Assembly (NCBI GenBank): GCA_963760795.1
Contig: CAVXEP010000004.1
Coordinates: 1-64,000, forward strand
Direction of reading: 5' to 3'
DNA from: an uncultured delta proteobacterium
Lineage (GTDB): Bacteria; Desulfobacterota; Binatia; UBA9968
DNA length: 64,000 nt
The position numbers and the translations under genes are program-made. Below are positions 9,663 to 20,773 of the stretch, in pieces. The stretch's first letter is position 1. Each line of letters opens with the position of its first letter. The notes under the pieces were generated by a model. The model did no database searches. It saw only the letters and a program-made list of their open reading frames with translations, and was not told the DNA's origin.

Positions 9663-10667
9663 TTACCGCGCGCTCAACTCCTTCACCGCCTCGCGCAGAT
9701 AACTTTGATCGACATACTTGGCCGCGCTCGGCACGGCGCCTTTGGACTGGGTCTGCTCCCAATAGATTTGCGTGACGTTTTGCAGGCCGTCGATGTTCAG
9801 ATCGCCTTCGGGGTGCCACGTCTTGGTCGACGTGTAGAATTCCCAGCCGCGCCGGGCGTGGTCGGGCTTGAGGTTCATTTCCTTGGCGAGATAGTCCGCC
9901 GCGGGCTCTTTGTTCTGGTGAATCCAGCGCATGGTTTGCGCCATGGCGCGCATGAAGCGGACGAGCACCGGCCGGTTTTTTTCCGCCCATGCCCGCTTGG
10001 TCGATAGCGCAGCCAGCTGATAGTTGGGAATCACGTCGACGAAACGACCGATTTCGTTAAAGCCCTGTTCTTCGGCAGCGTAATTCACCGGCAGCGACAG
10101 CGCCGCTGCGTCGATGGCACCGGCAACCAGCGCCGCGTAGGTCTGCGGCGTGCCGCCTATGACCAGCAGTTTGTAGTCCCGCGGGTATTCGAGCCCTTTC
10201 ACCTTGAGCACTTGGCGCAACGCGAAGGTGACGCCGGAAGTGAGGCTGATGGCGCCGAAAGTAGCGCCGCGCAGATCGTTGTAGGTTTTAAATTTCTTGG
10301 CGGCCATGATCGACTGGGTCAGGCCGTTTATGAGACCGCCGACGATCACCAGATCGAGCCCTTTCTCGATGGCCGCGATGGGCGCGTCAGACGCACTGCC
10401 GGCGATCTCCAAGGAGCCGCCGGCCAAGGCTTGAATGCCGACATCGGAAGCGCGAATCACCACCACGTCGACGTCAAGGTTCTGCTTGGCGAAAAAGCCC
10501 ATGCGCGAGGCGATCCAGAGTGGACCGTAGCCAAGTGTCTTGGTCGCCGAGCTGATGCGAAGTTTCGTACGCTCCTGGGCGCCGCTGTCGGACGCAATAA
10601 AAAAGCCCGTGACGATGGCGGCAATAAAAAAAAAGGGTTTCACCATCGGATGCTCCTTCGCGCGCAT
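9663..10667 (-). CDS. NMT1/THI5-like SBP
   Basis: Signal peptide, GAIDAAAL, YVDQSYLREA; start may be 10646. Confidence 0.85.
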   Translation of the reverse strand: MRAKEHPMVKPFFFIAAIVTGFFIASDSGAQERTKLRISSATKTLGYGPLWIASRMGFFAKQNLDVDVVVIRASDVGIQALAGGSLEIAGSASDAPIAAIEKGLDLVIVGGLINGLTQSIMAAKKFKTYNDLRGATFGAISLTSGVTFALRQVLKVKGLEYPRDYKLLVIGGTPQTYAALVAGAIDAAALSLPVNYAAEEQGFNEIGRFVDVIPNYQLAALSTKRAWAEKNRPVLVRFMRAMAQTMRWIHQNKEPAADYLAKEMNLKPDHARRGWEFYTSTKTWHPEGDLNIDGLQNVTQIYWEQTQSKGAVPSAAKYVDQSYLREAVKELSAR

Positions 10668-10919
10668 GGCACGCTTGCTTCAAGAAAAGTTAATCTAAAT
10701 AATTCATATTTCCATGTAACATTTTATAACCACGTTGATTTTATTAACAGAATATCCTCCGCGGCATCGCCGCAATCAAGCGTCGACCATCGCCTGCCCG
10801 ACCTCAACAAATTCTCTGTGCATGTTGCCGGGACTTCCTCTTCATCATGGCTCTATCTGTCACTTCAGTTGCGGCTGTGCTGCAATAAGTTCCTTGTGTG
10901 TAAATCCTCCGATGCCGGT

Positions 10920-12092
10920 TCACAGCGCGCGCAGCGCCTTGATAATATCCAGCCGCGCCGCGCGCACCGCGGGCAAAAAACCGCCGAGCAATCCCATTAG
11001 CAGAGAGAATCCCAAAGCCGTGGCAACGATCGACGGCGACAACGCGAAGGAGAAAGCCAGCTCGGAGAATGAGCCGAAGTTCAGCGTGGAGATCGAGAAA
11101 AACTGCAGCACCGAGGCAAACCCGAGCCCGACCAATCCGCCGGCGAGGGCGAGCGCCAATGATTCCAACAAGAATGCGATAAGAATACTGCGCCGGAAAA
11201 AACCGAGCGCCCGCAAGGTGCCAATTTCGGTCGTGCGGTTGGCCACCGAGCCGTACATGGTGATCATCGCGCCGATGGTCGAACCGGTGCTGAAAATTAC
11301 CGTAATGAAGATCCCGAGGATGCGAATAAATGTCGCCATCATCTCCGACTGTTCTTCGAAAAATTTCTTTTCACGCTTCCCGACGAAGTATTGCAGCCGA
11401 TTGTCACCCTCAAAAGCTCGGGTCACGCTGGCGAGATCGTCGGGATCTTTGAGCCGTACCGTGACGGTAGAAAAGGACGAGCGCCTAAATGCATCGGCGA
11501 TCTGATTCAAATCGCCCCACAGCTCGGAATCGAAGCCGCTGCCGGCCGCATCGAACAGCCCGACCACGGTCCAGACATCGCCGCCGAACTTGATCTTCTC
11601 GCCGATCTGCGCGCCGACGAAGCGCTTGGTGATGCCGGCGCCGGCGATCACTTCGCGGGCGCCCCAGTTGAACGTTCTACCCTCGGTGATTTTCACCTGC
11701 GGGCGCAACTGAAACGCCGGCGGTTCGACGCCGCGCACCGTGACATTGCTGATACCCGCGGCGCCGAGCTTGTTCAAATTGATGATCACCACGACTTCTT
11801 TCGAACTCATCGGCGTGCCGTCGGCGGCCTGGGCCACTTGCGGTAGATTGACGATGATCCCCGCCGCCTCGCGGTCCATGATGCTCATGATCTCGCTCAT
11901 GGCGGCCTTGCGCGCCACCAGCAAGTTGTCATCGGAGCCGGTGGAGCGCAAGGTCTTTTGCACGCCGTTGGCCATCATCAACACCGCGGTAAAGACAAAC
12001 ACCACCAGCGCGATGCCGATGATCGTGATCGCGGTGGTCAAGCGCCGCGACACCGAACTGCGGACAATATATTTCAAGGGCAATTGCATCAT
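10920..12092 (-). CDS. ABC exporter permease (FtsX/MacB family)
   Basis: RTTEIGTLRALGF motif, TM helices, PAVRAARLDIIKALR end. Confidence 0.9.
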   Translation of the reverse strand: MMQLPLKYIVRSSVSRRLTTAITIIGIALVVFVFTAVLMMANGVQKTLRSTGSDDNLLVARKAAMSEIMSIMDREAAGIIVNLPQVAQAADGTPMSSKEVVVIINLNKLGAAGISNVTVRGVEPPAFQLRPQVKITEGRTFNWGAREVIAGAGITKRFVGAQIGEKIKFGGDVWTVVGLFDAAGSGFDSELWGDLNQIADAFRRSSFSTVTVRLKDPDDLASVTRAFEGDNRLQYFVGKREKKFFEEQSEMMATFIRILGIFITVIFSTGSTIGAMITMYGSVANRTTEIGTLRALGFFRRSILIAFLLESLALALAGGLVGLGFASVLQFFSISTLNFGSFSELAFSFALSPSIVATALGFSLLMGLLGGFLPAVRAARLDIIKALRAL

Positions 12093-12185
12093 GAAACTAT
12101 GACTGAAGATTCTTCACCGCAATGGCGCGGAGTACGGTGTAGGGGCTGACTGTGCTCGGCGTCGCCGCGGTAAAATCCCCCTGTC

Positions 12186-13347
12186 TTATCCGACATGGCG
12201 CAGCCCTTCGACGATCCTTGTCGTCAGCACCCGTCGCAAAGGAATGATCGCCGCGAGCATGCCGACCACAAGGCCGGCGGCGCAACCGATCACCACGGTC
12301 TCCGGCTTTATATAAAACACCGGAAACCAACCTTTCGGTAGCGCGGATTCAAAACCTGCCACCGCCGGGAAAGTCACGCCCAGTCCCAACGCGCTGCCGA
12401 ACAGCGCGAGTAGGATCGATTCCCCGGCGATGAGAAAAAACAATTGGCCGCCGGTGAATCCGAGAGCTTTCAACACGGCGAACTCATGGGTGCGCTCGCG
12501 CGCTGACATGATCATGGTATTGCCAACCACGAGAAGAATGATGCCGATGATGACAAACGACATGATATTCATCGCGGTGATGATCGGCACTCGCCGACGA
12601 CAGAAAACTCTGCTGAAAAGCGCGTTCGGTTTCGGTCTTGGTTTCGGCGCGGGAGTTGGCGAACAGATTGTCGATTTCTTGAGAGATCCGCGCTGAACTA
12701 TCCGGATCGTCGATGCGCACGATATACCAGCCGATCTCGCCCGAACGGTGCGGCATTTCTTGCCTGACGCGCTCTTCCAAATACTTGTAATGAAACATCA
12801 TGGTCGTCGGGTCGGTGGTCTGGTCGCGCGGTTGATAGATACCGCGCACGACGAACTCCCACTGGCCGGGAAACACGTCGCCCTCGATGGGCATGATGTC
12901 GCCGAGCTTCAAGTTGTAGCGTTCGGCGATGTCGCTACCGATGATCGTCGCGTTGCGCTCACGCTTGAAGACTTCAAACTGCTCCGGCGGAACCAGGAAC
13001 TCCGAATAGACGTCGAAGAAGGTATCGGAATCAACTGCCAGACGAGCGAAGAACTGATTCTTATCGATGTAAACGCCGGAGAACCAGTTGGCGAAGGTGA
13101 CCTTGTTGACACCGGGAACCTGCGCGATGCGGTCACGATAGGCGAGCGGCAGCGGAAACACGAACGACACCGCGTGGCGCGTGATCAACCGGTTCGCCGC
13201 CGACGCTTCCACGCCGGCATACCAAGCGCTCACCACGGTCTGGAGTAAGGCGAATGCCATCACTGCCACACCGACGCCGACAATCGTCAGCAGGCCGCGC
13301 AGCTTATGGCGCAAAACATTGCGCAGCAAAAGTCTGAAAAGTTCCAT
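12186..13347 (-). CDS. ABC exporter permease (FtsX/MacB family), one frameshift near 12590
   Basis: ORFs 12484-13347 and 12186-12590 join if one base is removed; RERTHEFAVLKALGF. Confidence 0.8.
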
Positions 13348-13409
13348 GGCTACAGTTTAAAAGCAAGTATTAAAAAGTTAGAAGTTTTGAAACGACGCCT
13401 CATGCATCC

Positions 13410-13590
13410 GTCATACCGTTGAAAAACGGTATCCAGGTGGTTGATGGGTCTGGATTATGATTTCACATTGAACTTTCCCTGAGCATCCTGAGCCTGAGCG
13501 GAAGGATCGAGAGACTTCACCCGCTATCCTCCATCCTCGATCCTCCGCTTCCAGCAATCACTCCATCACTCCACTGCTCCACACCCCATC
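13410..13590. repeat. Cluster of palindromic repeats (GTCAT..ATCCAG hairpin, CCTGAGC units, ATCCTCG and CCATCACT arms)
   Basis: gtcataccgttgaaaaacggtatccag; cctgagcatcctgagcctgagcggaagga; atcctccatcctcgatcctc; atcactccatcactccactgctcca. Confidence 0.65.
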
Positions 13591-13595
13591 CTCCC

Positions 13596-14271
13596 CTACG
13601 CCAACTCCCCCTTCTCCAACTGACGCATGGCGCGAGCACGTTCGGCGGCGCGCGGATCGTGGGTGACCATGAGAATGGTTTTGTTCAGTTCGCGGTTGAG
13701 CCGTTCCATGCAGATTCAGCACTTCTTCGGCGGAAGCTTTGTCGAGATCGCCGGTGGGTTCGTCGGCCACCAGGATCGCCGGATCGGTGGCGATGGCGCG
13801 GGCGATCGCCACGCGCTGTTCCTGGCCGCCGGAGAGTTGGCGCGGATAGTGGTGCAGACGGTCGGCCAGGCCGACGACGGCGAGCGCCATCTCGGCGTGA
13901 GCACGCCGTGCTTTTTTCGCCAGCGGCGTCAGGATCAGCGGCAGCTCGACGTTCTCCAACGCGGTCAGCACGGGAATCAAATTGTAAAATTGAAAAATGA
14001 AGCCGACATTGCGCGAACGCCAGACCGCCAGTTCGGTCTCGCTCAGTTCCGTCACATCGATGCCGGCGATAAGAATTTTCCCTGAGGTCGGTTTGTCGAT
14101 GCCGGCAATCAGATTAAGCAGCGTCGTCTTACCCGAGCCCGATGGTCCCATGAAGGCGATAAATTCGCCTTCGGCGATCTCCAGATTGATGTCACGCAAA
14201 ACTGGAATCTCCAGACTGTCGCGCTGGTAGGATTTATAGAGATCTTGGACTTGGATGAGCGGAGCGGCCAT
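13596..14271 (-). CDS. ABC ATP-binding protein (LolD/MacB-like), frameshift near 13710
   Basis: [25 protein letters not shown]; the H-loop MVTHD and stop at 13596 lie in the shifted frame. Confidence 0.85.
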
Positions 14272-14283
14272 GGCGCGACGCGG

Positions 14284-15482
14284 CTATTTGGTCTTTTGCG
14301 TAACTTTGACGCCGTCTTTGAGTTCGCTCGTCGACCTTGCCGACGACTTTGTCGCCATCTTTCAGCCCGCTCGTGATTTCTAACAAGCCGGCGAGCTTCT
14401 GTCCCATGATCACCGGCACTTCGACGGCGCGCTCGTCGCGGATCTGATACACCACCGAGCGCTCGTTGCGGATCGCCACCGCTGCCGCCGGCACGGTGAG
14501 CACCGCTTTCGATTCGGCCACGCTGCTAGTCGCGCCAGCCGCGAGAAAGCGATATCTTCGCGCTCATCTCCGGCAAAACTTTCTGGTCGTACTGGCGGAA
14601 CTTGATCTTCACCAGCACCGTCGCCTTGGCGCGGTCGGCGGTGGGAACAATTTTCGTAACGTAACCGGGATAACGCTGCTGCGGATAGGCGTCCAAGGTG
14701 ATTTCGCAGGATTGTTCGGATTGACCCGCGTGATGTTGGCTTCGGAAACATCGGCGTCGACTTCCAAGGACGACATGTCGGCGATGGTCACCACCGCCGC
14801 CTTGGAACTGGCCGCCCCGGCCAAGGGCGCGACGATCTCGCCGACATCGGCGTTCTTTTTGAGCACCGTGCCGTCGAAGGGCGCGATGATGCGGGTGTTG
14901 TCCACCGCTACCTCCGCCTCTCTGAGACCGAACTTCGCCGAGTCGATGGTCGCCACCACGCGCTTGTAACGACCGTCGGCGATGTCGTACTCGGCCTGAG
15001 CGACCAGTTCCCGCTTAAGCAAAATGGCGCATGCGTTCCAGATTCTGCTTGGCATCGTTCAAGTCGGCTTCAGCCATGTGCAGATTTTCCCGCGCTCGAT
15101 CCCGCGCCGCCGCGACGTCGCTATCGTCAAGCCGAGCGATCACTTGGCCTTTCTTAACCTTGTCACCTTCATCGACGCCGAGATAGACCAGCGTGCCGGT
15201 GCCCTTTGACGCCACCGCCGCTTTGCGCCGCGCCACCACATAACCGCTCGCCGTGAGCACGGCGCTGGCCTGCGATGGCGAAGTCATCGAGGCTGTGGCG
15301 AGCTGAACTTCGATGCCGGGGTTAAAAATATCCTTGAGAAATAGCCCAGCCGCGACCACGGCGGCGATCGCCAACGACCAAACGATGAGTTTGCCGATAG
15401 AGCGAGACTTGCGCGGCGTTTGTGGGCCTGGAGACGACCGATCGATGCGCAGAGCTGATAGATCCGCGTCCTTGGTTGCCAT
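14284..15482 (-). CDS. Efflux periplasmic adaptor (MacA/HlyD-like), several frameshifts
   Basis: ASGYVVARR, V.EGD.VKKGQVIARLD, IIAPFDG, GLKDGDKVV spread over several frames. Confidence 0.75.
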
Positions 15483-15554
15483 GAGCTTCGAGTTTCAGCC
15501 TACGGTTAAATAACGGTTTTTCAAGACAGCCGTGAAATGTTAATTTTTCATGTC

Positions 15555-16304
15555 ATGGCTCAAACAACGACGTGGAATCCGACCAGCTACGCCGAAAACG
15601 CCCGCTTCGTGGCCGATCTCGGCGAGCCGCTGCTCGCGTTGCTCGACGGCAAACCCGGCGAAACCATTCTCGATCTCGGCTGCGGGGACGGCGCCCTGAC
15701 TGAAAAGATGGTCGCGTCAGGCTGCACAGTGTTCGGCTGCGATGCCAGCCTGGCGCAGCTTCAAGCCGCCCGCCAGCGCGGCATTCAAACTTTCGTAATG
15801 GATGGCCAGCAGCTCGGCTTGAAGCGCCGCTTCGACGCGGTCTTCACCAACGCGGCGCTGCACTGGATGAAACAAGCGGACAAAGTTGTCGAAGGCGTGG
15901 CCAGTTCACTAAAGTCCGCTGGCCGCTTCGTCGGCGAGTTCGGCGGCCAAGGCAATGTCGAAACCATCCGCCAAGCTCTGCACAGTGCCGTGCGAAAACA
16001 TGGCGTCGATCCATGGAGCATCGACCCTTGGTACTACGCCTCGCCGAAAGAGTATTCTGATCTGTTGAATCGCTATGGCTTTACGGTCAGCTACATCGAA
16101 TTGATCCCGCGCCCAACCAAACTGCCGGGAGATATTCTCGCTTGGCTCGGAGTCTTCGCCCAGCCGTTCACCAAATCCGTCACCGTAGGCGAAAGGGCGA
16201 AATTTCTCGCCGAAGTCCGTCACGAACTCGAATCTACATTGCACAAACCGGATGGCACTTGGTATGCGGACTATGTGAGGTTGAGGTTTAAAGCGATGCG
16301 ATAA
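15555..16304 (+). CDS. Class I SAM-dependent methyltransferase (Tam-like)
   Basis: ILDLGCGDG, FDAVFTNAALHW, ADYVRLRF. Confidence 0.9.
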   Translation: MAQTTTWNPTSYAENARFVADLGEPLLALLDGKPGETILDLGCGDGALTEKMVASGCTVFGCDASLAQLQAARQRGIQTFVMDGQQLGLKRRFDAVFTNAALHWMKQADKVVEGVASSLKSAGRFVGEFGGQGNVETIRQALHSAVRKHGVDPWSIDPWYYASPKEYSDLLNRYGFTVSYIELIPRPTKLPGDILAWLGVFAQPFTKSVTVGERAKFLAEVRHELESTLHKPDGTWYADYVRLRFKAMR

Positions 16305-16346
16305 GGTCGCGAGCTCTCCGAAAACGTTTTGCACGGCTTGAACGAG

Positions 16347-17081
16347 CTAAGGCTTAAATCCGCCATAAACAACCGTCGTCGTAAACTTCCAAAAGCAATC
16401 GACATCCTGAAACCCCGCTTCGCGCAGCCATGCCAGCTCCTCTTCGAGAATGCCGTTGTTGTGCGCTCCGTGATAGCTGCTCGGCGTCGCCGCTTTGGCC
16501 TCGGCGAGATTGGTTTTACCGCCGCTCGACTGCCTGACATAGCGATCGAGATATTCGTCCCGAGCTCTCCGATATCGCTCAGTTAAACTCTTGCTCGCGG
16601 CGCGGACGTTATCGCCGTTGATGAAACAGCCGCCGGCGCGCATCAAGACGAACAACTCTTTGAAGATTTCACGGCGCCGTTGGTTTTCCGTGAAATGATG
16701 CAGCGCCCGCGATGAAATCACCGCATCGAAATTTCCGTGCACCGACTTGAGCCAATCCCGAGACTCAAGCGATCCTTGAACAAAGTTCATGCGATCCTTC
16801 AAGTCAGGGCTTCTCTCTGGACCGAGCTGCAACATCGCCTCAGACGCATCCAGGCACACTGCCGTGGCATTGGGACGATCACGCAATACCGCGGCCGCCA
16901 GGGCGCCGAATCCCGCGCCGACATCCAACACTCGAATCGGCGCGTCAATCGGCTGCGGAATCATGCGCAGCACCATCGCCGTCTGGACATCGCGGATCGG
17001 CGCCTGCCAGCTGCCCTTGCTCGCCCAGTCTTCGATGAATTTCCTATCGCCCCATGTAGTTTGCCAGGTTGTCTCAGCCAT
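16347..17081 (-). CDS. Class I SAM-dependent methyltransferase
   Basis: VLDVGAGFG, FDAVISSRALHH, WLREAGF..VDCFWK. Confidence 0.85.
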   Translation of the reverse strand: MAETTWQTTWGDRKFIEDWASKGSWQAPIRDVQTAMVLRMIPQPIDAPIRVLDVGAGFGALAAAVLRDRPNATAVCLDASEAMLQLGPERSPDLKDRMNFVQGSLESRDWLKSVHGNFDAVISSRALHHFTENQRRREIFKELFVLMRAGGCFINGDNVRAASKSLTERYRRARDEYLDRYVRQSSGGKTNLAEAKAATPSSYHGAHNNGILEEELAWLREAGFQDVDCFWKFTTTVVYGGFKP

Positions 17082-17214
17082 TTTTCCCCCAAAATGAAAA
17101 TCTCTGCTCTTGCTATCCCGCCCTAGCCCGGCTGTCAATGAACTTGCTTAGTTAGCGTGGAATACTCAATGGATTGCTGCTAAAGGCTAGAAGAAAATTA
17201 GCAGTGGAGGGTTT

Positions 17215-17544
17215 ATGCAATTCTGTCGAATGTACACCGGCGACGACGGCAAGTCGCACTTTGAAGAATTGGATCAAACACAGGGCGGGAAGTTCTTCCT
17301 TTCGACCATCGTCGCCAAGGCGTTGGTTTTCAAGAACGATCAGAATCGCGACGATTTGCACGGTTGGCACAACGCACCGCGCCGCCAATGGTGCATCACG
17401 CTCTCTGGAACGGTCGACATTGGCATCGGCGACGGCACGGTAAAAACCTTCGGCCCCGGCGATGTCTTCCTCGCCGAAGATGTCACCGGCCAGGGTCATA
17501 CCGCGCTGCCGAAGAATTGGGTGCGAGCGTTTATTCATATTTAG
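17215..17544 (+). CDS. Cupin-fold protein
   Basis: YTGDDGKSHFE, WHNAPRRQ, GPGDVFLAEDVTGQGH; GGAGG RBS. Confidence 0.85.
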   Translation: MQFCRMYTGDDGKSHFEELDQTQGGKFFLSTIVAKALVFKNDQNRDDLHGWHNAPRRQWCITLSGTVDIGIGDGTVKTFGPGDVFLAEDVTGQGHTALPKNWVRAFIHI

Positions 17545-17892
17545 CGATGTTGCCTTGAAATGATTTTGGCAAACCCGGCAAATCCTATAGATGCAGCAGA
17601 CTCGCCACTTTACATCGTATGAGCACCGGCATCCGCGGACGACTCTAACTACGCGATGGAGAATTTCAATCCCCAAGGAAATTCCGGTATTCTGATCACC
17701 GGCTAGGCAGCCCGCCTGAAAATTCGGCAGGGCTTCTTCGCCAGTCTGGCACGGCCGAGCGAAAGCGTCGAGAAATCCTTCAATCGCGTCGCCAATTGCC
17801 TAGGTTTTCGATCTGACAACCGTTTGGCGTGTATATTGCCTATCGGAGTTATTAATGTTTTTAAGGAAGTGTTTCAGTGTTGATGGAGACCA

Positions 17893-18909
17893 TTGATGAA
17901 TGCCGCAACTTTTGTCCGTTACAGCGTAACCCTTCTGGCGTTGTCAGTTATTTTGCCGAGCCCACAGGCGATCGGTCAAGAGAAACTTCGCCTCGGCCTT
18001 AGTTCCATCGGCGCCACCAACGGCAGCATTTGGGCTGCCGAAGAAAAAGGACTTTTTCGAAAACATGGCGTCGACGTCGAGGTTATTTTCATCGGCGGCG
18101 GCGGCGCGCGAGTCGTCAGCTCCCTTCTCGCCGGGGATATCAACTTTTCGGTGGGTGGAGGTGAAGGCTCGATCCGCTCGCAGATGCGCGGTGCGGAAAC
18201 CGTGATCGCGTCATCCACGCTGACCAAAGGGCTGCAACGCATCCTCGCCAAGCCCGAGATCAAAACCTATCAAGATCTCAAAGGCCGCAAAATCGGCATC
18301 ACTCAATTCGGCTCGGCGGCCCATCTCGTGCTGGCGCTGATGCTCAAGAAATGGAATATGCGCCCCGATCAAGTGCAAACGCTTCAGGTCGGTTCGTCGC
18401 CGGCGCTGCTCGCCAGCCTCGATAAGGGAGGAATCGATGCCGCGGTTTTAACCTTACCGACGTTTTTTCTTGCCGAAGATAAGGGCTACCGCGTCGTCGG
18501 CGACCCGATGACCATGGATATCTACTATTTGCAAAACACTCTGGAGTCCACCCGCAGTTTCCTGCGCAAGAATCGCGATCAGGCGCTCAAATTCATGAGG
18601 GGCTACATTGAAGGCATCGCCTATTTCAAGAAGAACAAAAAGGAAAGTCTCGACATCATGGGCCGCAAACTGCGCATTCAATCGTCCCAGGAACGAGACG
18701 TGCGTTACCTGGAAATGTCATATAATCTGATGACCGCGGCCTACAGCGACGTTCCCTATCCATCCCTCCGTGCCGTCCAATCGATCGTCGATAAAATAGC
18801 CGAAGAGGATCCCAAGGTAAAAGAACGGGATGTCCGCTCCTTCGTCGATGACACGCTGGTCAAGGAACTTGAAGACAGCGGCTTTATCAAATCGCTCTAC
18901 GGCCGCTAG
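17893..18909 (+). CDS. NMT1/THI5-like SBP
   Basis: Signal peptide, DLKGRKIGITQFGS, FVDDTLVKELEDSGFI. Confidence 0.85.
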   Translation: MMNAATFVRYSVTLLALSVILPSPQAIGQEKLRLGLSSIGATNGSIWAAEEKGLFRKHGVDVEVIFIGGGGARVVSSLLAGDINFSVGGGEGSIRSQMRGAETVIASSTLTKGLQRILAKPEIKTYQDLKGRKIGITQFGSAAHLVLALMLKKWNMRPDQVQTLQVGSSPALLASLDKGGIDAAVLTLPTFFLAEDKGYRVVGDPMTMDIYYLQNTLESTRSFLRKNRDQALKFMRGYIEGIAYFKKNKKESLDIMGRKLRIQSSQERDVRYLEMSYNLMTAAYSDVPYPSLRAVQSIVDKIAEEDPKVKERDVRSFVDDTLVKELEDSGFIKSLYGR

Positions 18910-18918
18910 AAACCGCCG

Positions 18919-19722
18919 TTAGCGCAAAAACTCTCGTATCACTTCATGGGCTTTCACCGGATCGCTGGCGAAGTAGTTGTGCTTCTGCTTCGGCAGCATG
19001 ACAAATTTAGCGCCGGGAATTCCCTTGGCGAGAATATCCGATGACATGCGGTGCGTCATGACGACGTTGGGATCTCCTTCGTTCTCACCGACCAGAATCA
19101 GCGTCGGCATGCGAATGTCTTTCAGCCTGGCGCTGGTGTCATGTCCCTGGCGCGACAGCACATGGCGCAGGTAGAACTCCACCGGACAGATATTATCCAG
19201 GCGCTGGCGGAAAAACGCTTCTAGCCGCTCCGGTTGATCGCGCACGAAGTCAGCGGTGAAACCGACTTGAATCGTGTGCTCGCGCACATATCGCTCATAG
19301 CCCCACTCGATCATTTCCTGGCACATCTGCAACGGCAGCCCCGCGCCGCCGGGAAACGACGCGCCGGTGGAGGCGAGGATCAATTTTTTCACCCGCTGGG
19401 GATGATCTAAGGCGAGAAGCTGCGCCACCCGCCCGCCCATGGAGTGGCCGAGCACGATGGCGTCTTTGACATTCAAGTGGTCGAGCAGCGCCACGGCATC
19501 GTCGCAAAACATCCGCGTCGTATAATCGATGGTTGGCTTGCTCGACCGCCCCGTGCCGCGATAGTCGTGAATAATTGCCATGTGATCCTTGGCGAACTCC
19601 GGCACCTGATAAAGTTTCCAGATCTGCCCATCGCAAGCGGTCTCGCTGAAAAATACAAACGGCTGCCCTTGGCCGTGAGTTTCGTAATAAATCTCGGCGT
19701 CGTTGGTGCGTAGTGTCGGCAT
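18919..19722 (-). CDS. Alpha/beta hydrolase
   Basis: DYRGTGRS, GHSMGG nucleophile elbow, C-terminal His. Confidence 0.9.
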   Translation of the reverse strand: MPTLRTNDAEIYYETHGQGQPFVFFSETACDGQIWKLYQVPEFAKDHMAIIHDYRGTGRSSKPTIDYTTRMFCDDAVALLDHLNVKDAIVLGHSMGGRVAQLLALDHPQRVKKLILASTGASFPGGAGLPLQMCQEMIEWGYERYVREHTIQVGFTADFVRDQPERLEAFFRQRLDNICPVEFYLRHVLSRQGHDTSARLKDIRMPTLILVGENEGDPNVVMTHRMSSDILAKGIPGAKFVMLPKQKHNYFASDPVKAHEVIREFLR

Positions 19723-19758
19723 TTTATCTTTCTTTGCGCCTTTGCGAGAGAAGGTTTT

Positions 19759-20565
19759 TTAATCTTTGATAAACTCGCGAATCGTTTTGTGCGCCAGGCC
19801 GGGATTGCTGAAAAAATAACTATGCCGCTCGTTCGGCAACAGCACCAGCTTGGAGTTGGGGATCCCCTGCGCCAGGATTTCCGACGACATGCGATGATTG
19901 ATCTCGCTGGTCATGTTCTGGTCGCCGTCGCCGACCAGGATCAGCGTCGGCTGTTTGATGTCCGGCAAACGTTGACTGGTATCATGGCTCTGGCGCGCGA
20001 TCAGATGGCGCAGGTAAAACTCGACCGGACATAAATTTGTCATGCGGACTTTCAGGTAAGCTTCAATCTTCTCCGGATGTTCTTTGACGTAGTCGTCGGT
20101 CCAGCCCACCAGGATCGTGTGATCCCGTTCATACTTCTGGTAACCCCACTCGATCATTTCCTTGATGATCTTGAGCGGCAAACCCTTGGTCTGCGGATAA
20201 TGCGCGCCGGTGGAAGCGAGCACCAGCTTGTGCACCTTCTTGGGATGATCGAGGGCCATGAGTTGGGCGACTCGGCCGCCCATGGAGTGGCCGACGACGA
20301 TGGCATCTTCGGCTTTGAGATAATCCATCAACGCGATCACATCGTCGCAGAACATTTTGGTCGTATAATCGCTGGACGGCTTGCCCGACTGCCCGGTGCC
20401 CCGGTAGTCGAAGGTGATCACCCGGTGATCTTTGGAAAATTCGCCGACTTGATTGATCTTCCAGACCTCGCCGTCACAGGCGGTCTCGCTCAAAAACACC
20501 ATGGGCCGGCCGCTGCCATGTTCTTCGTAGTAAAGCTCGATGTCGTTTACTTTGACTTTGGGCAT
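19759..20565 (-). CDS. Alpha/beta hydrolase (tandem paralog)
   Basis: GHSMGG; shares SETACDG and ICPVEFYLRH-like motifs with 18919-19722. Confidence 0.9.
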   Translation of the reverse strand: MPKVKVNDIELYYEEHGSGRPMVFLSETACDGEVWKINQVGEFSKDHRVITFDYRGTGQSGKPSSDYTTKMFCDDVIALMDYLKAEDAIVVGHSMGGRVAQLMALDHPKKVHKLVLASTGAHYPQTKGLPLKIIKEMIEWGYQKYERDHTILVGWTDDYVKEHPEKIEAYLKVRMTNLCPVEFYLRHLIARQSHDTSQRLPDIKQPTLILVGDGDQNMTSEINHRMSSEILAQGIPNSKLVLLPNERHSYFFSNPGLAHKTIREFIKD

Positions 20566-20589
20566 CTGTTACCTCCGGATCGTGAGACT

Positions 20590-20645
20590 GTAGGGCAGGC
20601 CCCGTGCCTGCCCTCCGGACGGGCGACCACGGGGGGTCGCCCTAC
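20590..20645. repeat. GTAGGG-type REP doublet
   Basis: gtagggcaggccccgtgcctgccc ... gggcgaccacggggggtcgccctac. Confidence 0.8.
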
Positions 20646-20773
20646 GAAGAATCGAAACCGAACCGCATAAGTCTTTCTAGGCGATGATTATGCGAAGCCA
20701 ATTCGCTTGGCAAGAACTTTGAAGAATTTCTTGACGGCAACGCTCCGGGAAGCGATATGCCGTAGCAAGAATC

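Noticed and set aside
10666-10682. sigma54 promoter TGGCACGCTTGC
   Set aside because: GG-to-GC spacing is not 10 nt and it points away from the adjacent gene
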